Source of the DNA: Scenedesmus sp. PABB004
Taxonomy: Eukaryota
Reading direction: 5' to 3'
NCBI GenBank assembly: GCA_014905635.1
Contig: JABVCE010000002.1
Span: forward strand, 2,046,001-2,110,000
Length of the DNA: 64,000 nt
The position numbers were made by a program, and so were the translations under genes. Numbering within the stretch: the first letter of the stretch is position 1; each line of letters begins with the position of its first letter. Positions 1 through 12,316 of this stretch are shown here, one piece after another. The notes under the pieces were generated by a model. It was not told the origin of the DNA. It was given only the letters and a program-made list of their open reading frames with translations, and ran no database searches.

Positions 1-955
1 TGGCCTTCTTGGCGCCGCCGCCGCCCGCCGCGCGCCGCGCCACGTCGGCCTTGACCGCCTGCACGGCGCCGCCCGGCGGCCCGCCTCGGCCGCCCTGCTC
101 CTGCTGCGCCTGCTCCTCCTGCTGCGCCTCCTGCTCCTCCTGCTCCAGCAGCGCCTTCTGCAGCAGCCCCAGACCCATCACGCCCTCCTCGCTCTGCATC
201 GCCACAAACGGCGTGCCGCGCCGGCGCGCGGGCGCTGCGGCGGCGGCGCCGGCGGCGGCGGGGGCGGCGCGTCGGCGCGCAGCGGGCAGGGCCGACCGCG
301 GAGCCGCGCCGAGCGCGGGGCAGCGGCGGTGACCGCGGTGGCGGCCGCTGCGCGCCGCACCAGCCTTGTTCTTGGCCGCCGCCGGCCGCTGCGGCGGGGG
401 CGGCGGCGCGGCGGGCGGCGGCGCCGCGCCAGGCGCCGCGCCGACGTCCACGCCCCAGCCGTCGTCGTCGGCGAGCTCGTACAGCTGCGCGTTGCGCTTG
501 CTGTCGCCGGGCTGCTGCTTGGCCGCGGTTGCCGCGACGGCGCCTGCGCAGCGCCAGCGTGTGGCGGCGGCGGGGCGGGGCGTCGGCGGCGCGGCCGGCC
601 AGCCGGCGGCGCGGCCGGCCAGCCGGCGGCGCGGCGTGGGGCGCGTCCAAGCTGGGCTGCTGCTGCTGGAGCACCAGCAGCAGCACCACCACCAGCGCAG
701 TGCGCCGCGGCAGCGGCGGCGGCGGCGCCGGCCGCCGCCGCCGCTTGGCGGGCTATTTGGCGCGCCAGCCGGCGCCGCCGCCCCGGCGCAGCGCCCCGAC
801 CGTCCCTGCGCGCGTGCGGCCGGACGCCCACGCGGGCGCAGCGCCTGCCGCGGCCCACCTCGCGCGGGGCGCCGGCGGCCGCGCGCCGCCGGCGCCGCCG
901 GCCGGCCGCTGGTGGACGGCGCGCACAGCGCGGCGCGGGAGTGGCTGGCCAGCAT
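1..955 (-). CDS. Hypothetical protein, 5' part only (runs off the window); N-terminus resembles a transit peptide
   Basis: ATG at 955 (MLASHSRAALCAPSTS...). Coding-like segments KRNAQLYELADDDGWGVDVG (~362-520) and FVAMQSEEGVMGLGLLQKALLEQEEQ (~1-208). No family recognised. Confidence 0.4.
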   Translation of the reverse strand, partial: MLASHSRAALCAPSTSGRPAAPAARGRRRPARGGPRQALRPRGRPAARAQGRSGRCAGAAAPAGAPNSPPSGGGGRRRRRRCRGALRWWWCCCWCSSSSSPAWTRPTPRRRLAGRAAGWPAAPPTPRPAAATRWRCAGAVAATAAKQQPGDSKRNAQLYELADDDGWGVDVGAAPGAAPPPAAPPPPPQRPAAAKNKAGAARSGRHRGHRRCPALGAAPRSALPAARRRAAPAAAGAAAAAPARRRGTPFVAMQSEEGVMGLGLLQKALLEQEEQEAQQEEQAQQEQGGRGGPPGGAVQAVKADVARRAAGGGGAKKA

Positions 956-1075
956 GTTGCCGGCTCGGCGGCGACCCCCGCGCTCGCAGCGCCGCGGCGC
1001 GACGACGCTCCGAGCGAGCGGCGCGCTCTCGCGAGCGGGCGCGCGCGGGTGGCGACCTGGGTGCGTCGCGTGTGA

Positions 1076-4021
<2,946 letters not shown>

Positions 4022-4437
4022 GCGCGCGGCGCGGCGCAGCGCGGCGGCTGCCGCGGATGGCGGCCGCCGCGCGCGCGCGCGGCGGGGCGGGCGGGCGGGC
4101 GCTGCTGCGCGGCGGCGCGCGGCGAGGGGCGGGGGCCGGGGCGGGGCGATCGCATCGCTTCGCGGGCGGCACGGGCGGGGGCGCAGTGAGGACGGCTTGG
4201 TGAGCAGCTGTGCGGCGGAGACGCGCGAGCGCTCGCGGGGCGGCGCGGCGGCTGTTGGCCCCGGCATGTGTCGCAGCGCGCGCGGTGCCGGGGCGTGCAA
4301 CAGGCTTGTCACACCCGTCCGTGTCCTGGCCGCGCCGCGCGCTACGGCAGGCCGCACAGCAGCTCCGCCGCCGCCGGCAGCCAGCGAGGCAGGCACGCCG
4401 CCGCCTCGCCCGGCCGCGCTCCGCGCTCACAGCCATC

Positions 4438-6330
4438 TCACAGCTCGTCCTTGCTGCCGGCGCCGCCGCGGTCCCCGCCGCCGGTGGCGCGCGCGGCGCG
4501 CAGCGCGGGGCCGAGGTCGTGGCCGAGCGCGGCGAGGTAGCGCACCCACGCGGCGCGGCCGGTGTGGAACATCGACGCGAGCAGGCGCTCATTGGGCGCG
4601 TGGATGTGGTCGCCCAGGCCAAACGCAAAGACCGTGCTGTCCACGCCGAGGATCGACTTGAAGTAGGCGAGCGCGGGGATCGTGCCGCCGTCGCGGTAAA
4701 ACACAGGCGGCGCGCCCATGACCTCCTCCAGCACGCGCGCGGCGATCGCGTTGCCCGGCGCGCCGCGCGGCGAGGTCCAGGGGTCGGCCCGGAACCCCGC
4801 GATGCGCGCGCTCACATTGGCGAGCGGCGGCGCGGACGCGAGCAGGTGGTCGCGCACCAGCGCCGCGACGTCCTCGGGCCGCTGGTGCGGGACGAGGCGG
4901 CAGCTGATCTTGGCGTGCGCGGCGCGGGGGATGACCGTTTTCATGCCCTTCCCTGCGCGCGCAGCGCGCGCAGCGTGCGCAGCGCGCGCAGCGGGCGCAG
5001 CGGGCGCAGCGGGCGCAGCGGGCGCAGCGGGCGCAGCGGTCGCCGGGCGCCAGTGAGCGGGCGCGGGGCCGCCCCGGGCGCCGGTGACTGGGCGCCGGCC
5101 AGTGGGCGGGGCGCGTGCGCCGTGCGCCGTGCGCCGTGCGCCGTGCGCCGCGCGCCGCGCGCCGCGCGCCGCGCCCCCGCCCACCCCAGCAGCACCTGTG
5201 AAGCCGCCCCACATGCCCACCACCTCGAGCGTGGGGCGGAGCCAGCGGCGCTCGAGCGTGCCAAAGCCCGCCTCGCCGGTGAAGCCCTTGACCCCGAGCG
5301 CGGCCGCCTCTGCCTCGGCGTCAAACGGGAACGCCGCGATCGCCGCGCGGTCCTCCGCGCTGAGCGGCGCGACGTCGTCGTAGAAGCCCGGCACGGTGAC
5401 GCGGCCGCCGCCGTCCCGCAGCCCCGCGAGCAGCGCCGCGAGGACGTGGTTGGCGTTGGCCACGCTCCCGCCCTTCACGCCCGAGTGCAGGTCCGCGCCC
5501 GCGGTCGTGACGTCGACCTCGAGCGCGACGGCGCCGCGCAGGCCGGTGGTGATGCCCGGCGTCGCCGGCCCCACCTGCCCGCCGTCGGCGGAGAGCGCGA
5601 GGTCGACGCCGGCGAGCAGCCCGTCCCTGTGCTTGGCCAGGAAGGCCGCGAGGTTGGGGCTGCCGATCTCCTCCTGGCCCTCGAGCAGGAGCTTCACGTT
5701 GAGCGGCAGCACGCCCGTGGCGGCGAGGTGCGCCTCGAGCGCGTGCACCGCCTGCAGCAGGCCGCCCTTGTCGTCGTCCACGCCGCGGCCGTAGAAGTAG
5801 CGCTCGCCGCCGCCGCCGACGGCGCGCACCTCGGGCTCAAACGGCGGCGATGCCCAGAGCTCCAGCGGGTCGGCGGGCTGGACGTCAAAGTGGCCGTAGA
5901 TCAGGACCGTGGGCTGGCCCGCGCCCGCGTGCAGCCAGTCGGCGTAGACCGCGGGGTGGCTCGTCTCGGGCCCCTCCGTCGGCAGCACCGCCACGTTGTC
6001 CAGCCCGGCCGCGTCGAGCTTGGAGGCCAGCCACGCCGCGGCGCGGCCGACGTCGGCGGCGTGCGCGGGCAGGGCCGACACCGACGCGATCGCCGCCAGG
6101 GCCAGCAGGTCGGCCTCCGCCGCCTCGGCGGCGGCCTCGGCGTGCGCCAGCGCCGCGCGCAGCCGCGCGTCGGCGTCGGCGGCGTCGGGGTGCGCGGCAG
6201 CAGCGCGTGCCTGCTGACCGGCGCCTGTCGCCCCTGAGCCGACGGCGGGCTCGCTCGCAGCGGGCTCAGCGCTCGCGGCCAGCAGCGCCAGCAGGCCCAA
6301 CACCAGCGCCACAGCGCGGCGGCGCCGCAT
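4438..6330 (-). CDS. M20 family metallopeptidase (dipeptidase-like) with signal peptide and C-terminal KDEL
   Basis: Motifs YGHFDVQP, GRGVDDDKGG, EGQEEIGS, DLHSG and IHAPNE. N-terminus MRRRRAVALVLGLLALLAASA; C-terminus ...GSKDEL*. One in-frame intron at 4953-5195 (GGFTG|KGMKTVIP). Confidence 0.92.
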   Translation of the reverse strand: MRRRRAVALVLGLLALLAASAEPAASEPAVGSGATGAGQQARAAAAHPDAADADARLRAALAHAEAAAEAAEADLLALAAIASVSALPAHAADVGRAAAWLASKLDAAGLDNVAVLPTEGPETSHPAVYADWLHAGAGQPTVLIYGHFDVQPADPLELWASPPFEPEVRAVGGGGERYFYGRGVDDDKGGLLQAVHALEAHLAATGVLPLNVKLLLEGQEEIGSPNLAAFLAKHRDGLLAGVDLALSADGGQVGPATPGITTGLRGAVALEVDVTTAGADLHSGVKGGSVANANHVLAALLAGLRDGGGRVTVPGFYDDVAPLSAEDRAAIAAFPFDAEAEAAALGVKGFTGEAGFGTLERRWLRPTLEVVGMWGGFTGAAGVGGGAARGARRAAHGARRTAHGARAPPTGRRPVTGARGGPAPAHWRPATAAPAAPAAPAAPAAPAARAAHAARAARAGKGMKTVIPRAAHAKISCRLVPHQRPEDVAALVRDHLLASAPPLANVSARIAGFRADPWTSPRGAPGNAIAARVLEEVMGAPPVFYRDGGTIPALAYFKSILGVDSTVFAFGLGDHIHAPNERLLASMFHTGRAAWVRYLAALGHDLGPALRAARATGGGDRGGAGSKDEL

Positions 6331-7288
6331 GGCCAAGCGCCGCTGCTGCCGCTGCTCGCGCTGCGCTGCTGGCGCTGCTCGCGCTGCTGGCGGGTTGCGG
6401 GGACGCTCTGATGCCTCGTGCGCAAGCAGGCGTCGCGTGGGCGTGAAAGGGCGCGCAGCCGGGCTGTGCGGCGGCGGGCACGCAAGGGCTCGAGCGCGTC
6501 CGCAGCGCTGTCGTCAGGCGCTGATCGCACGGGCTGAATGGAGGGGTGAGGGCCGCTGGAGGGAGCCAGGGAGCACCCTGTCAGCCTTGCCGGCGTCGCG
6601 GCGGCACAAAGGCGTCACCCGTCCCGCGCGTGTCACCCGCGCGGCCTCGAGCGTCCGCGTTTACAACTCCGCGCGGCCGCGTCCCGCTCAACCCCTCCTC
6701 CTTGGGCGGGCGTGGAATGTGAGGCCCGCTATTGTACACCCAGTGGGCCTAATTGCGTTAGGGTAGCAGCGTGGTTTGGACGTGCGTGCATCGTCACAGC
6801 GGCACAGGCGTGCAACAGGGGTGGAGCAAGGGGGAGGGTTGGCGGAGGGCGGCCGCCCGCGCGCCACGCGGTGGCGCCGGCCGCCCAAAGTGAAAGTGCG
6901 TCACAGGGCGCGTGCACAGGCAGTGCTTCCAGCCGCCGGCCAGCGCGCCGTCCCCCTGCCCGCCGCCGGGGCAGGGCTCATGTGCGCACGAAGACGGGAG
7001 CGCTGAGCCCGAGACAGGCTCAAATCGAGGCACACGCGCGTTGGTCCCACGCGGTCAGGGGTGTGCGTCGATTGATGCGGGCTCCCCGTGCACCCCCCAG
7101 GCGGGCGGCAGCGCTCCGCACACACACACACACACACACACCGGGTCACCACGCATGGCAAGGCTCAGCACACACCAAGTTCCAGTGAGGGCTGACAGCT
7201 AGCTCGTCTCCCGCGCCCCGGCGCTCCCCGGCGCCGGCGTGCGGCTGCCCGCGCGCCCCGCGCGCCCCGCGCGCCCCGCGGCCCCGCC

Positions 7289-10200
7289 TCACACGGGGTG
7301 CGCGGAGTCGTCGCCGCCACGCGGCACGCCCGAGGGCGCGGGCGGCTTGCCGCCGCCCGGCGCGGCGCCGCCGCCGCTCGCGCCCGCGCACGCGCCGGCG
7401 CCGGCGCCCGCGGCCATGCCGGCGGCCTTTGCGGCGCGGCGCTTCCTCATCGCCTTGACAATGGTTATGATCGAGAGGTCCTGGTCCTCCTCCGACACGC
7501 TCGCGAGGCGGTTGCCCTCGGCGTCGACGTTCCACCCGGGGATGCTGGTAAACATCGGGGAGTAGCTCGACCAGCGCTTGTACACGGCAACGCCTGGCGG
7601 GCAGGGAGCGCGGCGCGCGTTGAGCGCGGCGCGTGGAGCGTGGCGCCCGCGGCACGCCCGCCCGCGGGCGTGGAGCGCGGCGGGCGCGGCGTGCAGCAGC
7701 GCGGGCGTGGCCGCAGGTGCGTCGCCGCACCCGGCCAGCGCTGCTGCGCGGCGCAGAGCTGGTAGGAGAAGGCCTTGGCCACGACGTGCATGATGAGGCC
7801 GGCGATCACGCCGTACGCGATCTGCGGTCCGCGGCCGGGCGCCCGCCCGGGGTCGGCGCGCGGGGCAAGCGGCGGGTCAGCCCGCGCGGGCCGGCCGCCA
7901 CGCGGCGGGCGGGCGGCTCTGTGGCGGCGGCGGCGGCCTTGCGGCCCCGCTCGCTGTCTCACGTTGTGCGTGAAGGGCATGGCGATGATGGTGGTGAACG
8001 CCGGCAGCGCGTCTGCGGGTCAGGGTTCAGGGTCGGGGCCAGGGGTGGGGCGTGCCGTCAGGGTGCGGGCTTCAGCCGAAGTGTGGGGCGCGGCGCGGCG
8101 CGGCGCCGGCGGCGCACCGGTCATGTCTGTCCATTCGATCTCCATGATGGATTCCATGAAGATCATGGCGCCGATGAGGCAGAGGATGGGCCCCGTGGCG
8201 ATGGCGGGGATCGAGCTGAACAGCGGCCTGCGAGGTTTGGGGGGGGGGGGGGGCGGCGGCGGGCTTAGGGTGTGGCACGCGCGGCCGGCGACGCGGCGCG
8301 CGCCGCCGGGGCGCCCAGCGCGGCGGGCCCGGGCGGCGGGCGGCGCGCGGGCGGTGTTTGGGCGGCGGCCGGGGCGGCTCACCAGAGGGCGATGGACGCC
8401 AGGAAGAAGGCGGAGCACACGATGGCGGTAAAGCCGGTGCGCCCGCCCTCGCGCCTGCGCGCACGCGGCGGCGGGCGCGCGCGCGTGGGCGCCCGCGCGG
8501 CAGCGCAGACTCCCGAGGGCGGCCGGGGGCGCCGGCGGCGGTGTTTGTGTGTGTGTGTGTGCGCGCGCGCTCACATGGCGGACGCGCTCTCCACGTAGGT
8601 GGTCAGCGCGGACGAGCCGAGCAGGCCGCCGAGCGTCGTGCCAAACGCGTCGGCCAGGAACGCGATGTTGCTGCGGGGGCGGCGGGCGGGGCGGGGGCTC
8701 AATGATCAATTATGTCAGTGCGCGGGCGAGCTAGAGCGAGGCAGGGCACGGGGGAGGGGGAGCTGAGCGGGCTGCGCGCCGCCACGCGGGCGCCGCCGCG
8801 CCGCGCCTGCGCGGCATGTCGCCCGAGTCGTTCAGCACGCCCGCCATCTGGCCGAGCGACACAAACCTGCGGCGCCCCGCGCGGCGCGGCGCGGCGGGGT
8901 TGGCAAGGCGCGCAGGCGGGCGCGCGGCGGCGCGCCTCGCGCCTTGCGCCTTGCGTCTGCTGCTGCTGCTGAGGTTGGCAGCGAGCCGCCGTCAGGTCAA
9001 ACCACTGTCAAACCAAACCACTGTCAAACCAAACCACGGTCAAACCATTGTCAAACCACGGTCAAACCGCGCACGTGATGCTGCTGCCGATGAGGTCGAG
9101 GTAGAGGAACATGAAGAACGCGCCGACCAGCGTGCCTGGTGGAAACAGCGGCGGCGGCAGCGGCAGCAGCGGCGGCAGCGGCGGCGGCGCGTGATTGGTG
9201 TGTGCATTCGCGTGTGCATTTGCGCGTGGGTGGGGGAGGCGAGGGCGGGCGCGGCGGCACTGCATGCATGCAGCGCGCGCGCGGCGCGCGCCGGGAGCGC
9301 GTGGCGTGGCGCGCACCCGCGTTTTCGCCCCAGTGGAAGTCGAGCGCGCCGGCGGTCGACGTGAAGCGCGCGACGTCAATGATCTGCCGGCCGGGCGGGC
9401 GGGCGGCGGCGGCAGGCGCGGCGCGGTCAGCTCGGCCGCGGCGCTGCTCCCGCCGCCACACACGCCGCGCGCGGGCGCTGGCCATGGCGCTGCTCCCGCC
9501 GTGGCCGCGTGCGTGCCTTGTCGGGCACGAGGCCGCCGGCGCTCTGCTTGGCGGGGAACTTGATCCAGGAGATGAACACTGCGGGGTGGCAATGAAGCGC
9601 GGCAGCAGTCGGGCGGCAGTCAGGCGGCAGCGCCGCGCGAGCGGCCAGCGGCGGCCCGCGGCGGTCCGCGGCGGCCAGCAGCCTGCGGCGGTCAGCGGTC
9701 CGGCGCACTCGTGAAAAAGATGCCCTGCGGTGGCGGCAGCGGGGCGCGGACGGCCAATGGTGAGCGTGCGCTCCGTCCCGGCCGGCCGGCGGCGCCGCGC
9801 AGGCGCCGGCCAGCGCCCAGCGCATGCAGCCAGTGCCAGCGCTGGCCAGCGCCGACGGCGGCGCTGGCCAGCGCCCAGCGCCCAGCGCCCAGAGCCCAGC
9901 GCCGTGCAGCGCCGGCAGCAGCGCGGCGCGGCCGCACCATGATCATCGCGCCGTTGACGTTCCAGATCATGAGGATCGCGGTAAACAGCAGGCCGCCCAC
10001 GGCCAGCCAGGGGCAGACGCAGGAGTAGGGAGGGCCGTCCTGCAAGCGCGCGCGGGCGGCCGCGGTCAGCGCGCGCTGCCGCGGGCGGCGGCGCGGCGGC
10101 GCCGGCGGCGCCGGCCGCACCATGTACATCGCGCAGCTGTTGAAGCCGACGCCGCTGTGGTACCCGGGTGCGCCCCAGCCGCCGTGCTTGTAAGGTACGT

Positions 10201-11775
10201 CCACGTTCAATCCGAGAAGCGTCGGAAAGGGCTGCAGCGTGCGCGCGCAGCGCCGGGCGGTCGGGGCGCGGCGCGGCGCGGCTGGACGGCGGCGGCCGCC
10301 GCCGGCGCACGTGCGCCGCACCTGGGCGACGATGAAGCCGCTGTCCTTCATGCCCACGAAGGCGATGAAGACGCCGATGCCTGCGGCGGAGGGCGCAAGC
10401 GCGCGGCGTGAGCCGGCGGGCGCGGCGCAGGCTCCAGCTACAGCCGAGGTGGCCGCCGCGCCGCACGCGCGCCCACTCACCCGCCGCGCCGGCCATGAGC
10501 ACGGACTTGGGGAAGGCTTTGATGATGACGCTCCGCAGCCCTGCGCGGAGGTGGCGGGGGGCGTCAGCCCGGCCGCAAGTGCCCGCGCATGCGCGACCCG
10601 CCCGCGCCCCCAGCAGCGGGCGCGGCAGGGGGCGGCAGCTGGTGCAGCAGCGGGGTGGCACTGCCGCACCGGTGAAGCAGATGAGCATGAAGACCAGGCC
10701 CTCCAGGAAGGTGGCGGCGAGCGCCTGCTCGTACGGGATGGCGGTGCCCATGCACGTGTTGGGCGTGTCCGCGGCGCACGCACCGCTCAGGATCGCGTCC
10801 GGGACAAGCGTCGCGTTGCCCGGGCTCGCGGGCACACAGGAGCAGGGCATGCTGCAGGTCTTGTCGGGCCCCTGCGCGGCGAGTGCGGCGCGCGCGGCGG
10901 CCGCGGGGTCGGCGGGCGGCACGCGGCGCCGGTGCGGCGCGGCGGGCCCGCGGCGTTTGATGGCGGGCGGCGGCGTGCGCTGCCTGCGCCCGCGCGCTGC
11001 GCGCGCACGCGCCTGCATCGTCGCGTGCGCGCCGCACTCCTTGACGCCCAGCACGCTGCTCACGAAGAACGAGTTGGTCCCGAGCTGCACGCTCACGACC
11101 CAGGGGAAGTTGGCCGCCAGGCCTGGGCGCGCGCGCGCGCGCGGGCGGGCGGGGGCGCGGGCGCGTCAGCGGCGCGGCGGCGGCCGCCGCGCGCGCCACC
11201 GGCCTGCGCGCGCTGCCTGCCCCCGCACCCACCCATGGTCGCGGTCGCGACGGCGGTGGAGATGGCGGTCGCGAGCACGATGTCCTGCTTGGGCATGCCC
11301 GTGTTGAAGCCGCTCGCCGCGCCGGACAGGATCTGCGGCGCGCGGCACGGCGCGGCGCGGCGGCCGGCGGTGCGCTCGGGCGCTGTGCAAAGCGCGGCCG
11401 GGCGCGCGCTGTGCCGGCCCCGCTGAGTCCTCAGCCCTGCAAGGGTTCAGGTTCAGCTAAAACCATGATGATTCAACACACCAGGGGGTTGAGGAAGAGG
11501 ATGTAGGCGGAGCACATGAAGAGGACGCAGCCGGCCCTGGGCGCGCAGCGGGGCGGGGCGCGTGGAGCGCCGCGTGGCGCGGCGCGTGCCGTGCGGGCGT
11601 GCCCAGGCGCGCGCGTGCGGCGGCGGCGGCGCGCGCACCGAATCTCGCCGAGCCACGTCGAGCCGCGCTCGTGAACGTTGAAGAGGCGCTCGCCCATGCG
11701 CGCCACGGCGTTGGACGGCGGCGGGCGGCGCGGCGGCGCGGCCGCGGGCAGCTCCATCGCGTCCTTGCTCGCCAT
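7289..11775 (-). CDS. AzgA/NCS2-family nucleobase permease (AZG-like), multi-exon
   Basis: Exons encode FNVHERGSTWLGEIR|AG...SAYILFLNP, QALAATFLEG, GIGVFIAFVGMK, TTYVESAS...EGGRTG, PAFTTIIAMPFTHN|IAYGVIAG. These are typical AzgA motifs with many hydrophobic segments. The 3' end is slightly uncertain. Confidence 0.9.
8996..9068. repeat. Degenerate tandem GTCAAACC(A) repeat inside a permease intron
   Basis: Six GTCAAACC cores are visible, with lower GC than the flanks. Confidence 0.8.
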
Positions 11776-12316
11776 GTCTGCGGTAAGTGGTGGTGGCGGT
11801 GGGTGGGCGTCAGCGGTCCGGGGGCAAGAGAGCCGGCAGCGGCGGCGCGCGGGCGGTGCGGGCGCAGTGCCCGGAGCGCGGGGATCTCAGAGCGAGAGGA
11901 CCGCGCCGGCAGCTTAGCGGCATCGTTGGTAATGGCCGGCAATGGGGCCGCAGCGCGCAGGGCCTGCGGCCAGCGCAGGAGGGCGCACCCGGCAGCTCGC
12001 CTTTGAGCTCGGCTCGCGCGCCCGAGGATTGACGCTAGGCGCTCCGGGCGCAGCTCTCCTGGCCTCGGGTGTGGACGGGTGTGAGCCTGGACGGGCGCGC
12101 AGCCTGCGAAGGGCACAGCGCGCGTGGCGTTTGCCACTAGGTTTTTCCTCGACGCTGGCGACGCCGCCGCGGCCAGCTCGAGCGTCCGATTCCGCCGCTC
12201 GGCACTGCTGCAGCTACCTCCGCCGGTTCTCCACCCCAAAGCGCGTGCGGCAGGCCATTTGCCGCGCGCCGCTCGCGCGCCCGCCACTTTTTTCGCCGCC
12301 GCTGCGCGGCGCCGCG

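Noticed and set aside
6757..6764. GTTAGGGT (ACCCTAAC on the - strand) as a possible telomerase RNA template inside the hairpin
   Set aside because: Only 8 nt, with no recognisable Pol III promoter or terminator, and the telomere repeat of this organism is unknown. Insufficient support.
11424..11480. Lower-GC intron segment with ATGATGA and GGGTTCAG motifs as a possible snoRNA or telomere-like insert
   Set aside because: The C-box-like motif is antisense to the host gene and has no downstream D box or terminal stem. The telomere-like units are too few and degenerate.
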